NCBI GenBank assembly: GCA_003551425.1
Contig: PUMP01000059.1
Span: forward strand, 1-64,000
Length of the DNA stretch: 64,000 bases
Source: Candidatus Nealsonbacteria bacterium
Lineage (GTDB): Bacteria; Patescibacteriota; Minisyncoccia; Minisyncoccales; PWPS01
Direction of reading: 5' to 3'
Shown: positions 1 to 8,383 of the stretch, in pieces
Numbering within the stretch: position 1 is the stretch's first letter
Layout of the letters: every line of letters starts with the position of its first letter
Made by a program: the position numbers and the translations under genes
The notes under the pieces: model-generated
Told to the model about the DNA's origin: nothing
The model's database searches: none
The model's input: only the letters and a program-made list of their open reading frames with translations

Positions 1-1019
1 ATGCGATAGGAAGAGCAAGAGGGGCCGGTCTGGGAGGAGGCCACGACGAGAGAGAACAGACCCTAAACCAAATTCTCGCCGAAATGGACGGCTTCCAGCA
101 AGACACCCAAATAGTGGTACTTGCCAGTACCAACCGTCCCGATGTTCTTGATTCCGCTCTTCTTCGCCCCGGTAGATTCGACAGAAAGGTAGTCCTCGAT
201 CTTCCGGACAAAAAAACAAGAGAAAATATGCTAAAGATACACAGTAAGAAAATGCCTCTTTCTTCTGATATAAAATTTAAAGAAATAGCGGAAAGAACAC
301 CGGGATTTTCAGGAGCCGATATGTTTAACTTGGCGAACGAAGCAGCAATTTTTACGGCACGAAAGAAAAAAACAAAAATATCCCAGTCAGACTTCTTGGA
401 GGCGATAGAAAAAGTTTTGCTCGGCCCGGAAAGAAAAAGTTATACCATAAGCAAAAAGGAAAAAGAAATAAGCTCTTATCACGAAGCGGGACACGCTGTT
501 GTATCTTCTTTCCTCCCAAACGCGGAACCGGTAAGAAAGATCTCCATCGTATCAAGAGGGCATGTCGGAGGATACACCATCAAAATTCCTTCCGAAGAGA
601 GCAGAACCAAAAGAAAGTCGGAGTTTATGTCCGAAATGGCGGTTCTCATGGGAGGATACTGCGCAGAAAAGCTGATTTTCAAAGAGATCTCCACGGGAGC
701 AACCAATGACCTGGAAAGAGCATCAAGCTATGCAAGAAAGCTGGTAAAAGAGTTCGGAATGTCGTCCCTCGGTCCGATTCATTTTGGAGGAGAAAAAGAG
801 CATGTTTTCCTAGGAAGAGAAGTCCCCGGTGAAAAGAACTATTCGGAAAAAACCGCCTCCAAGATTGATGAAGAGGTGTCTCGTTTCATTAAAGAGGCGG
901 AGAAAAAAGCCAACACTCTCCTAAAAAACAAAAAAAGAGTTTTAGAGAAAGTGGCAAAACACTTAATGGAACACGAAACCATTGAAAGAGAAGAGTACGA
1001 AAAAATCATTAAAAAGTAG
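1..1019 (+). CDS. ftsH: ATP-dependent zinc metalloprotease FtsH, 5'-truncated by the window edge. It covers the AAA C-terminal half and the M41 peptidase domain.
   Basis: The frame is open from nt 3. It shows the SRH-like 'TNRPDVLDSALLRPGRFDR' motif and the zinc-binding 'HEAGHA' motif, and the typical FtsH C-terminus. Confidence 0.9.
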   Translation, partial: AIGRARGAGLGGGHDEREQTLNQILAEMDGFQQDTQIVVLASTNRPDVLDSALLRPGRFDRKVVLDLPDKKTRENMLKIHSKKMPLSSDIKFKEIAERTPGFSGADMFNLANEAAIFTARKKKTKISQSDFLEAIEKVLLGPERKSYTISKKEKEISSYHEAGHAVVSSFLPNAEPVRKISIVSRGHVGGYTIKIPSEESRTKRKSEFMSEMAVLMGGYCAEKLIFKEISTGATNDLERASSYARKLVKEFGMSSLGPIHFGGEKEHVFLGREVPGEKNYSEKTASKIDEEVSRFIKEAEKKANTLLKNKKRVLEKVAKHLMEHETIEREEYEKIIKK

Positions 1020-1078
1020 GAGTGGTAAAATTCTTATTTTGTGGTATAATAACGGGAGCGAGAAGCTAAGAATAGGAC

Positions 1079-1153
1079 GGGCGCATAGCTCAACTGGTTA
1101 GAGCGCGATTCTTATAAAATCGAGGTTTCCAGGTTCAAGTCCTGGTGCGCCCA
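1079..1153 (+). tRNA. tRNA-Ile with anticodon UAU (TAT). It has a 6-nt variable loop and no encoded CCA.
   Basis: The cloverleaf was folded by hand: acceptor gggcgca/tgcgccc, D-arm gctc/gagc, anticodon stem cgatt/aatcg with loop cTTATaa, T-arm ccagg-ttcaagt-cctgg. Confidence 0.7.
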
Positions 1154-1196
1154 CAAGCAGTGAGACTACATTAAACAATTCTTAGTAATCACCAAA

Positions 1197-1269
1197 GGGC
1201 GCGTAGCTCAGTCGGCAGAGCGCGTCGTTGACATCGACGAGGTCCCCTGTTCAAGTCAGGGCGCGCCCA
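1197..1269 (+). tRNA. tRNA-Val (GAC)
   Basis: Acceptor gggcgcg/cgcgccc, anticodon stem cgtcg/cgacg with loop ttGACat, T-arm ccctg-ttcaagt-caggg. Confidence 0.85.
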
Positions 1270-1275
1270 CACATC

Positions 1276-1956
1276 ATGATAGAAGTAGTTTACAAAGACA
1301 AGAACATTATCGCCGTAAACAAGCCTCCCGGCATGGTGGTCTTTCGAGAGAAAGAGGGAGAGGAGAGAAGCGTAGCAGACGTCCTTTCTTTGCAGTTTCC
1401 GGAAATAAAAGACGTGCACAGCGAAAGGTACGGAGCAGTACATAGATTGGATAAAGACACTTCCGGTATTCTTCTTTTCGCAAGAGACAAAGCAACATTT
1501 TCTTTTTTGCAAAAGGAGCTACTTGAACAAAACGCAAAAAAAAGGTATATTGCTCTTGTCTTTAAGCCGATGAAAGAAAGCAGTATAAGAGTACAAACTT
1601 TTATCAAGCGCTCCCCGAAAGACAGAAGAAAACAAAAAGCATATAAGGGAGGAGAGGGGAAAAGAGAGGCGGTTACGTTTATTCGAACAATAAGAACATT
1701 TTCAAGATTTTCTCTTTTGGAAGTCTTTCCAAAAACAGGAAGAAAGCATCAAATAAGGTGCCATCTCGCCTATATCGGCCATCCTGTTGCGGGAGATAAA
1801 CTTTATCGCTTCAAAGATCAAGTTGATCCAAAAGAGTTAAAGAGACAGTTCTTACACGCAAGTGCGATAAAGATAAGGACACCTCTTGGAGAAAAAATCT
1901 TTCACGCAAAACTGCCCACAAACCTAAAAAAAATTATTTACAATCTGGAAAAATAA
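1276..1956 (+). CDS. RluA-family pseudouridine synthase. The start was moved to the ATG at 1276 because the longer ORF would overlap tRNA-Val.
   Basis: Shows the catalytic 'HRLDKDTSGILLFA' motif and 'VNKPPGMVV'. The gene abuts rplS. Confidence 0.85.
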   Translation: MIEVVYKDKNIIAVNKPPGMVVFREKEGEERSVADVLSLQFPEIKDVHSERYGAVHRLDKDTSGILLFARDKATFSFLQKELLEQNAKKRYIALVFKPMKESSIRVQTFIKRSPKDRRKQKAYKGGEGKREAVTFIRTIRTFSRFSLLEVFPKTGRKHQIRCHLAYIGHPVAGDKLYRFKDQVDPKELKRQFLHASAIKIRTPLGEKIFHAKLPTNLKKIIYNLEK

Positions 1957-1957
1957 C

Positions 1958-2287
1958 ATGTCTACTAAATTGGAAGAATTCAAAAAGAGCCAAACAAAGG
2001 ATATTCCCTATATAACGACGGGTGATACCGTGCGTGTTACGGAAAAAGTAAACGGAAAAACGCAAGCCTTCGAAGGGTTGGTGATCGCTAAAAAGCACGG
2101 AAACACCGTTTCCGCAACCATCACTGTGAGAAAGGTTGTCGACAAAGTAGGAACAGAGAAGATCTTCCCGATCCACTCTCCTTCCATAGAAAAGATTGAA
2201 GTAGTAAAAAAAGGAAGAACCAGGAAAGCCAAGATATATTACATCAAAGAAAAATCAAAAAAGATTGCAAGAAAGAAGATAAAATAA
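1958..2287 (+). CDS. rplS: 50S ribosomal protein L19
   Basis: The core 'GDTVRV...QAFEGLVIAKK...TVRKV..GVEKIFPIHSPSIEKIEVVKKG' is characteristic of bL19. Confidence 0.9.
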   Translation: MSTKLEEFKKSQTKDIPYITTGDTVRVTEKVNGKTQAFEGLVIAKKHGNTVSATITVRKVVDKVGTEKIFPIHSPSIEKIEVVKKGRTRKAKIYYIKEKSKKIARKKIK

Positions 2288-2291
2288 TTAA

Positions 2292-2379
2292 GCCCAGGTG
2301 CTGGAATTGGCAGACAGGCATGGTTGAGGGCCATGTGTTCATTATGAACGTGTGGGTTCAAGTCCCACTCTGGGCACCA
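2292..2379 (+). tRNA. tRNA-Leu (GAG), with a long variable arm and an encoded CCA
   Basis: Acceptor gcccagg/tctgggc, anticodon stem catgg/ccatg with loop ttGAGgg, a long variable arm, and a T-arm ending tgggcaCCA. Confidence 0.85.
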
Positions 2380-2393
2380 GCTCACTTAATTAC

Positions 2394-2467
2394 GGACGGT
2401 TAGCTCAGTTGGCTAGAGCACCTCGCTTACATCGAGGGGGTCGCAGGTTCGAGTCCTGCACCGTCCA
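2394..2467 (+). tRNA. tRNA-Val (TAC)
   Basis: Acceptor ggacggt/accgtcc, anticodon stem cctcg/cgagg with loop ctTACat. Confidence 0.85.
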
Positions 2468-2475
2468 CAAGTGCT

Positions 2476-2550
2476 GCCGCGGTAGCTCAGTGGTAGAGCG
2501 TCTCTCTGAAAAAGAGAAAGTCGTCAGTTCAATTCTGACCCGCGGCACCA
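2476..2550 (+). tRNA. tRNA-Phe (GAA), with an encoded CCA
   Basis: Acceptor gccgcgg/ccgcggc, D-arm tagctcagtggtagagc, anticodon stem tctct/agaga with loop ctGAAaa, ending ...ggcaCCA. Confidence 0.9.
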
Positions 2551-2557
2551 GTTATGT

Positions 2558-2629
2558 GCGGGAGTAGCTCAACGGCAGAGCGTTTGCTTGCCATGCAAAA
2601 GGTTGCGGGTTCAAATCCCGTCTCCCGCT
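2558..2629 (+). tRNA. tRNA-Gly (GCC)
   Basis: Acceptor gcgggag/ctcccgc, anticodon stem tttgc/gcaaa with loop ttGCCat, T-arm gcggg-ttcaaat-cccgt. Confidence 0.85.
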
Positions 2630-2735
2630 CACTAAATATTTAGGAAAATCCTTGACATTATTTCTTTTGTATGATAAAGTGTAACTACCCTTCATAAAGA
2701 GAGGGGTTTTTTATTTTAAAGTACAAATAAAAAAT

Positions 2736-3317
2736 ATGTACAAGACTAGTGGATCTTCCGATGACGGGAGTCTGAATATCGCCTTCTTTTCCGTGCTGAT
2801 TATGTCTCTACTTCTTCTTTTTAATTTTTCAGAAGGAGAAACGGTAAGAGAAGGTGAAGAAAAAAGAGAGATCGTTATCTCTTCTCTTGATAAAACAGAA
2901 GACGATAAAGAAGATTACGATTTTCACGACGATAATACTCTTCTTGCGGTATCCTCCCCTACTTACCATAAACCACAAGTGATGGGAACACCGAAAGAAG
3001 AAAGGGTGGTCAGACAAATATGGTCAAATATAACCGCCTACGCCCCTTTGGATGTTAATGCCAGGGAAGGAATGTGTTTCTCCGGAAACCCTTCCCTTAC
3101 GGCATCGGGAACATCTCCGAGAGACGGCATCGTGGCAGCTAACTTCCTTCCTTTCGGGACCAGAATAAGAATACCGGCAGTTTTTGGAAACAAGGTTTTC
3201 GTAGTAGAAGACAGAATGAGCCCCAGAAAGAACAATACTGTTGATATATTCTTGTTCTCACAACAAGAGGCGATTAACTTCGGGAGGAGAGAAGCTTATA
3301 TAGAAATTATCGAGTAA
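2736..3317 (+). CDS. Membrane-anchored 3D-domain protein (MltA-like cell-wall-binding/lytic domain)
   Basis: An N-terminal TM helix is present. The C-terminus 'ITAYAP...TASGT...GIVAAN..LPFGTRIRIP....VFVVEDRMSPR...VDIF' matches the three-aspartate 3D-domain pattern. Confidence 0.6.
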   Translation: MYKTSGSSDDGSLNIAFFSVLIMSLLLLFNFSEGETVREGEEKREIVISSLDKTEDDKEDYDFHDDNTLLAVSSPTYHKPQVMGTPKEERVVRQIWSNITAYAPLDVNAREGMCFSGNPSLTASGTSPRDGIVAANFLPFGTRIRIPAVFGNKVFVVEDRMSPRKNNTVDIFLFSQQEAINFGRREAYIEIIE

Positions 3318-3337
3318 ACTCTTTTGAGAGTTGAAAA

Positions 3338-3363
3338 AGCCCCGTTATTACGGGGCTTTTTTT
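3338..3363 (+). terminator. Rho-independent terminator: GC hairpin agccccg-ttatta-cggggct followed by a T-run
   Basis: A perfect 7-bp GC stem followed by TTTTTTT lies directly after the 3D-domain gene. Confidence 0.6.
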
Positions 3364-3366
3364 ATG

Positions 3367-3448
3367 TGCCCGGGGTGGGACTCGAACCCACAAGCCTTAC
3401 GGCACACGATTTTAAGTCGTGCGTGTTTACCGGTTTCACCACCCGGGC
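3367..3448 (-). tRNA. tRNA-Leu (TAA), with a long variable arm
   Basis: On the reverse complement: acceptor gcccggg/cccgggc, anticodon stem cacga/tcgtg with loop ctTAAaa, T-arm gtggg-ttcgagt-cccac. Confidence 0.85.
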
Positions 3449-3450
3449 TA

Positions 3451-3525
3451 TGGAGGCGTGGAGGGGATTTGCACCCCTGTAAACGGTTTTGCAGACCGCC
3501 CCCTAGTCTCCTCGGGCACCACGCC
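3451..3525 (-). tRNA. tRNA-Cys (GCA), with an encoded CCA and an atypical D-arm and T-loop
   Basis: On the reverse complement: acceptor ggcgtgg/ccacgcc, anticodon stem gcggt/accgt with loop ctGCAaa, T-arm agggg-tgcaaat-cccct, ending tCCA. The D-stem has only 3 bp plus a G13-A22 mismatch, as in known tRNA-Cys. Confidence 0.7.
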
Positions 3526-3528
3526 TAT

Positions 3529-5022
3529 TTAAAGGGTTCTTTTGACCGTCTCCTCGGTATAAAATAACAAAATATCTTTTTCTTTTGCTTTTCCGTTTCC
3601 TTCAAAAAGCATGCCGAACTCTTCTTTCCCGGAAATCTTTTCAATATCTTTCTCTTCTTTCTTTAAACCAATAATTTTCCCTTCCGCAACCTTTTCTTTT
3701 TCTCGCCAAACTTCAACAAGAAAACCTTTCCTTGCTTCTCCTTTTATAATCTCTCCTCCCAATACTTGCCTGTCTTTTTGTTCTCGAAAAACAGCAAGGA
3801 CTTTTGCCTGCCCTTGTTCATTTCTTACTACTTCCGGTTCTAATAGTTCTTCCGCTTCTTTTTTAACCTCCTCAATTAACTCGTAAATAACATTAAACTC
3901 TTTAACCTCTACTCCTTCCTTTATTGACATTTTTTCAGCGGATCTGTCTTTTTTAACCCGAAAAGCGAAGATCTTGGAACCGGTAGCTTTGGCAAGCTCA
4001 ATGTCGGTTTCGTTGACACTCCCAATGCCCGAACTGACTATCCTTATACCGATCTCTTCCTGTGGTATTTTTTCCAAAGAACTCTCAATAGCCTCCACCA
4101 GCCCGACAACATCTGCTTTTATTATAACATTCAAATTGCTCTTTTCTTCTTTGTCGACAAAGCTTTTCCTTTCTACTCCTTGAGACGCAATCTTCTTTGC
4201 TTCTCCGACACTACTACAAACAAAAAACTCATCTCCGGTCCTGGGGCTGCCCTTAAGGCCCACTACCTGGACAGGAGTGGAGATGCCGGCCTCTTCCAGC
4301 TCTTCTCCAAGAAAGCCTTCCATAACTCTTAGTTTTCCAAAAGAGGACCTGGTGGCTATTATGTCTCCCTTTTTCAGGGTTCCGCTTTTGACAAGAAGAG
4401 TGACTATCGCTCCTCTTTGCGAGTCAAGGTGGGTTTCAATTACCACCCCTTCGGCAGGAAGGTTGGGATTTCCTTTCATTCCTTCCATCTCGGCAAGAAG
4501 AAGAACCATTTCCAGAAGGTCGTTTATTCCGCTTTTCTTAATGGCCGAAATGTTCACAGAAGGAATTTTCCCTCCATAAGATTCTAAAAATATTCCTTCT
4601 TTGGAAAGATCTTGCTTTATTTTTTCCGGCTCAGCACTTTGCTTGTCCATCTTATTTATTGCTACCAAAAAAGGCATTCCCGATTCTTTTAAGTGAGAGA
4701 TGGCTTCCTTGGTTTGCTCTTTTACGCTTTCATCGGCGGCCACCACCAGAATTCCAATGTCTGCAACCTCGGTTCCTCTCGATCTCATCGCAGAAAAAGC
4801 TTCATGCCCGGGAGTGTCGATAAAAGTAATTGATTTTTCTTCATGCGACACGGCATAAGCTCCCATATGCTGAGTGATTCCCCCGGACTCATGCTCGGTA
4901 ATTTTAAGGTCTTTTATAGCTTCCAACAGAGAGCTTTTCCCATGGTCAACGTGCCCCAAGATTACTACAACCGGCGGTCTTGTTATTAAGTTTTGTTCTT
5001 TTTTACTCATGTTGCTCTTCAT
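3529..5022 (-). CDS. infB: Translation initiation factor IF-2, short form lacking the long N-terminal region
   Basis: G-domain motifs 'ILGHVDHGKSSLL', 'DTPGHEAF' and 'NKMD' are followed by the IF-2 beta-barrel and C-terminal domains. Confidence 0.9.
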   Translation of the reverse strand: MKSNMSKKEQNLITRPPVVVILGHVDHGKSSLLEAIKDLKITEHESGGITQHMGAYAVSHEEKSITFIDTPGHEAFSAMRSRGTEVADIGILVVAADESVKEQTKEAISHLKESGMPFLVAINKMDKQSAEPEKIKQDLSKEGIFLESYGGKIPSVNISAIKKSGINDLLEMVLLLAEMEGMKGNPNLPAEGVVIETHLDSQRGAIVTLLVKSGTLKKGDIIATRSSFGKLRVMEGFLGEELEEAGISTPVQVVGLKGSPRTGDEFFVCSSVGEAKKIASQGVERKSFVDKEEKSNLNVIIKADVVGLVEAIESSLEKIPQEEIGIRIVSSGIGSVNETDIELAKATGSKIFAFRVKKDRSAEKMSIKEGVEVKEFNVIYELIEEVKKEAEELLEPEVVRNEQGQAKVLAVFREQKDRQVLGGEIIKGEARKGFLVEVWREKEKVAEGKIIGLKKEEKDIEKISGKEEFGMLFEGNGKAKEKDILLFYTEETVKRTL

Positions 5023-5380
5023 CTTTTAAGGCTCCTTCTATTGCGTTCTTCTCCTCGCGAGAAAGGGAATACTCCGATACTCCTCCCTTTACCGGTTTTG
5101 CATAAACTCTATTTCCTCCGCTGGAGTAAAGGCTTGTGATAACCGCTCCGTTGCCACTGCTGTCCAAGACAGCTACAGAGAAACTTTGATTACCGCCCGA
5201 ATCGGAAAAAGGATTGAATCTTACCACCTTTACGTTCTGCAAAAAAGTCTCTCCTCTCTTGCAGATTTCATCCAATTTTCCTTTTATCTCTGCATTTTCT
5301 TTCTCCAACTCCTCAATCTTTTCTGCAAGCTGATTGATGTTTTCGGGAGTTTCTTTTTTCTTTTTTTTAAGATTAAACAT
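5003..5380 (-). CDS. Hypothetical protein with an N-terminal coiled coil plus 'RFNPF.DSGGNQSF' region, DUF4446-like
   Basis: The ORF overlaps the infB start by 20 nt. Motif 'RFNPFSDSGGNQSFSVAVLD..GNG.VITSLY...NRVYAKP' recalls DUF4446, recalled from memory only. Confidence 0.4.
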   Translation of the reverse strand: MFNLKKKKKETPENINQLAEKIEELEKENAEIKGKLDEICKRGETFLQNVKVVRFNPFSDSGGNQSFSVAVLDSSGNGAVITSLYSSGGNRVYAKPVKGGVSEYSLSREEKNAIEGALKDEEQHE

Positions 5381-5396
5381 ATTAGCAACTGTTAAG

Positions 5397-5483
5397 CGGA
5401 GGGGGTGGGATTCGAACCCACGTGCCCTTTAAGAGCCAATCGCTTTCGAGGCGACGCCGTTATGTCCGCTTCGGTACCCCTCC
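5397..5483 (-). tRNA. tRNA-Ser (CGA), with a long variable arm
   Basis: On the reverse complement: acceptor ggagggg/cccctcc, anticodon stem gtcgc/gcgat with loop ctCGAaa, a long variable arm, T-arm gtggg-ttcgaat-cccac. Confidence 0.8.
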
Positions 5484-5498
5484 ACGGCAAAAATAAAG

Positions 5499-5572
5499 TG
5501 GACCCGATCGGACTTGAACCGATGGCCTTTTGCGTGCCACGCAAACGCTCTAGCCAGCTGAGCTACGGGCCC
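5499..5572 (-). tRNA. tRNA-Ala (GGC)
   Basis: On the reverse complement: acceptor gggcccg/cgggtcc with a G3-U70 wobble (the Ala identity element), D-arm tagctcagctggctagagc, anticodon stem tttgc/gcaaa with loop gtGGCac. Confidence 0.8.
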
Positions 5573-6041
5573 ATTCTAAAAAGCTATCGCTTATTATACC
5601 ACTATTATCCTTCACTATCAACTCTCTTTCCTTGGAAGAGATAAAGGTAAAATGAAGAGTCGTCACTCCGTAGGGAAGAATCTTTTTTACCTTCTCTCCC
5701 CATTCTATCGCTACAATGTTTTTTTTACTGCTCATCTTCTCTCTTATTCCAAGAGAACACAGATCCTTCTCCTCTACTCTGTAAGCGTCAAAATGATAAA
5801 AAAAACGACCCTTCTCCGTCTTATATTTTTTAAATATTAAGAAGGTTGGGCTGGTTACTTCTTCTCTCACTCCAAGACCTCGCGCAAATCCTTGCAGAAA
5901 AGTCGTCTTTCCACTTCCTAGATCACCCTCTAAAGATAAAACAATCGGAATCTCTTTTGCAAGCACTTCTTTTGCCAGGCGCCATCCTATTTTCTTCATT
6001 TGATCCGGAGAAAAAACTTTTATTTTTTGACTAATCATCAA
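5550..6041 (-). CDS. tsaE: tRNA threonylcarbamoyladenosine biosynthesis protein TsaE
   Basis: P-loop 'LEGDLGSGKTTF', 'SPTFLIFKKY', 'HFDAYRV' and 'IEWGEK'. Its last ~7 codons overlap the 5' end of tRNA-Ala. Confidence 0.8.
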   Translation of the reverse strand: MMISQKIKVFSPDQMKKIGWRLAKEVLAKEIPIVLSLEGDLGSGKTTFLQGFARGLGVREEVTSPTFLIFKKYKTEKGRFFYHFDAYRVEEKDLCSLGIREKMSSKKNIVAIEWGEKVKKILPYGVTTLHFTFISSKERELIVKDNSGIISDSFLEWARSSAG

Positions 6042-6079
6042 ATTTAGGCTAAATTTACGTACAGATAATAATACCTTTT

Positions 6080-7381
6080 ATGGCTAAAAATTCCAAGGGA
6101 GTATCGGGAGAGATAAAGATCCCTTCCCCTATAACGGAAGAGATCACCAGAAAGATAAATAATCTTCCCAGCCTCCAAGAAAAAATAAGAGAATCTTTAA
6201 AAGAAGACGTCTCAAAGATCTTGGAGATTATTCTTATGGGTGCCATCAATATAAATTCTTCCGATGTGCATATCGAGCCGGAAGAAGAGAAGGTTAAAAT
6301 AAGAATGAGGGTAGACGGAGTATTGCATGATGTCTCTGTAATAGAAAAAGAGCTGTATAATAAGATAATTTCCAGGATAAAGCTTCTTTCCCGAGTAAAG
6401 ATCAATATTGAAGACCGTCCTCAAGACGGTAGATTTACAATATGGATTCCCGAAAAAGATCTTTCTATTGAAGTTAGAATGTCCACCCTTCCTTCCGAAT
6501 ACGGAGAAACAATCGTAATGAGACTCCTTGATCCGCGCAAACTGATAAACCTTGATCAGCTGGGATTAAGAGATGACCTTCATAGCCTTTTTGAGGAAGA
6601 GATTGCAAAGCCCAACGGAATGATTATCGTCACAGGACCTACCGGCTCCGGTAAGACTACCACTCTTTATGCTTTTTTAAAGACTATCAACAAGCCTGAT
6701 ATAAAGATTGTTACAATTGAAGATCCGGTAGAGTACCATTTAGAGGGTATCTCGCAAACAAGAGCGGATTCAAGCAAAGAATATGACTTTGCAAGCGGGC
6801 TGCGCACCATTGTCCGTCAAGACCCCGATGTAATTCTGGTTGGAGAGATAAGAGATCTTGAGACAGGGCAAATCAGCATGCAAGCGGCATTAACGGGCCA
6901 TCTTGTTTTCTCTACGCTGCACACGAACGACGCCCCCGGCGCGATAGCCAGGCTCCAGGCATTAGGAGAAAAAGCTGTAAATATCGCTCCATCAATCAAT
7001 ATGATAATCGCCCAAAGGCTGGTAAGAAAGGTCTGCAAGAGTTGTACCAAGCTCGTAGAGGCAAAAGAAGAGGAGCTGAAAGAAATAAAAGAAGAGTTAA
7101 AAAACATAAAAGAAGATATCTTTTCTTTCCCGGAAACCGTTAATCTCCCGCAAAACAAAGGGTGTAGAGAGTGCAGCTACACAGGATACAGAGGAAGAGC
7201 CGGAATTTTTGAAGCACTGGTAATTGACGAAGAGATGGAAGAGTTTATTCTCTCCTCTCCTTCCACTTCAAAAATAAAGAACAAAGCTATTGAAAAAGGA
7301 ATGATCACCATGCGCCAAGACGGAATGATAAAAGTATTAAAAGGGGAAACAACAATAGAAGAAGTAAATAGAGTTACTTAG
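6080..7381 (+). CDS. GspE/PilB-family type II/IV secretion ATPase, short form without the N-terminal domain
   Basis: Walker A 'GPTGSGKTTT', Asp box 'DPVEY', Walker B 'PDVILVGEIRD', His box 'LVFSTLHTND' and the tetracysteine motif 'C.SC...C.ECSYTGYRGRAGIFE'. Confidence 0.85.
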   Translation: MAKNSKGVSGEIKIPSPITEEITRKINNLPSLQEKIRESLKEDVSKILEIILMGAININSSDVHIEPEEEKVKIRMRVDGVLHDVSVIEKELYNKIISRIKLLSRVKINIEDRPQDGRFTIWIPEKDLSIEVRMSTLPSEYGETIVMRLLDPRKLINLDQLGLRDDLHSLFEEEIAKPNGMIIVTGPTGSGKTTTLYAFLKTINKPDIKIVTIEDPVEYHLEGISQTRADSSKEYDFASGLRTIVRQDPDVILVGEIRDLETGQISMQAALTGHLVFSTLHTNDAPGAIARLQALGEKAVNIAPSINMIIAQRLVRKVCKSCTKLVEAKEEELKEIKEELKNIKEDIFSFPETVNLPQNKGCRECSYTGYRGRAGIFEALVIDEEMEEFILSSPSTSKIKNKAIEKGMITMRQDGMIKVLKGETTIEEVNRVT

Positions 7382-7386
7382 GTTAC

Positions 7387-8382
7387 ATGTCTCAGAACAA
7401 AAAAATTGTACCACTGCCGACAGAAGAAGACAAAACCCTTGACCTTGCTCTTCGTCCGCAAAGATTCCAAGATTATCTTGGACAGGAGCGAATCAAAAAA
7501 AATATTCGCATCATTACGGAAGCAGCCCAAAAAAGAAAAGATTCCTGTATCGAGCATATACTTTTTTATGGAGGACCGGGACTCGGAAAAACAACCTTAT
7601 CTTACTTGGTGGCAAAAAAAATGGGAACCGGAATCCGAACCATCGCCGGCCCTTCCATAAAGAAAACGGGAGATCTGGCCGCTATTCTTACAAACCTGCG
7701 TGAAGGAGACATTCTTTTTATTGACGAAATACACCGCACAAATAAGACATGTGAAGAGATGATATATCCCGTGATGGAAGAATTCAAATTGAACCTTATT
7801 ATCGGCAAGGGCCCTATGGCGCGAACAATGGACTTAAAAATACCAAGATTTACTCTCATTGGCGCAACCACAAGACTGGCCCTTCTTTCTTCTCCTTTAA
7901 GAAGTCGCTTCGGAGCTACTTTCAAGCTCGATAACTACAGCACAAAAGAGATCGGTGACATTGTTAAAAGATCAGCGTCCTTGTTAGAGGTAAAAATAGA
8001 AGAAGATGCGATAAAAACAATCGCTTCCCGCTCAAGGTTTAATCCTCGAATAGCAAACAGGCTCCTTAAAAGAGTCCGGGATTTTTCGGAGGTAGAAGGG
8101 AAAGGAATTATCTCCGGAAAAGAAGCTATAAACGCCCTTTCTTTTTTGGATGTTGACGAGATGGGGTTGGAGTCCGGAGACAGAAGAATATTGGAGACTC
8201 TTTCCGAAAAGTTCGAGGGAGGGCCCGCCGGCCTTCAGTCTCTTTCCATCGCAACCGGAGAAGAAGAGGAGACCATTATAGATATTTATGAGCCTTACCT
8301 TATACAGCTCGGCTTTATAAAAAGAACTCCTCGCGGAAGAGTTATTACCGAAAAAGCAAAAGAATATTTGAAGAAGAAGTAA
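7387..8382 (+). CDS. ruvB: Holliday junction branch-migration helicase RuvB
   Basis: 'LRPQRFQDYLGQE', Walker A 'GPGLGKTTL', 'DEIHR' and the winged-helix C-terminus. Confidence 0.9.
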   Translation: MSQNKKIVPLPTEEDKTLDLALRPQRFQDYLGQERIKKNIRIITEAAQKRKDSCIEHILFYGGPGLGKTTLSYLVAKKMGTGIRTIAGPSIKKTGDLAAILTNLREGDILFIDEIHRTNKTCEEMIYPVMEEFKLNLIIGKGPMARTMDLKIPRFTLIGATTRLALLSSPLRSRFGATFKLDNYSTKEIGDIVKRSASLLEVKIEEDAIKTIASRSRFNPRIANRLLKRVRDFSEVEGKGIISGKEAINALSFLDVDEMGLESGDRRILETLSEKFEGGPAGLQSLSIATGEEEETIIDIYEPYLIQLGFIKRTPRGRVITEKAKEYLKKK

Positions 8383-8383
8383 T

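Noticed and set aside
1228-1275. Longer start for the RluA-family gene at 1228
   Set aside because: It would overlap the 3' half of tRNA-Val(GAC), and the residues encoded are tRNA-derived (MTSTRSPVQVRARPH).
1189-1607. Minus-strand ORFs of 105-107 aa overlapping the RluA-family gene and tRNAs
   Set aside because: They are antisense to the conserved pseudouridine synthase catalytic region and tRNA-Val.
2352-2567. 71-aa + strand ORF
   Set aside because: It spans the tRNA-Val/tRNA-Phe/tRNA-Gly genes, so it is an artefact of the tRNA cluster.
3331-3567. 78-aa + strand ORF
   Set aside because: It lies entirely over tRNA-Leu(TAA) and tRNA-Cys on the opposite strand, and has proline/arginine-rich GC-driven composition typical of a tRNA antisense.
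5405-5644. 79-aa + strand ORF
   Set aside because: It covers the tRNA-Ser and tRNA-Ala genes, so it is an artefact.
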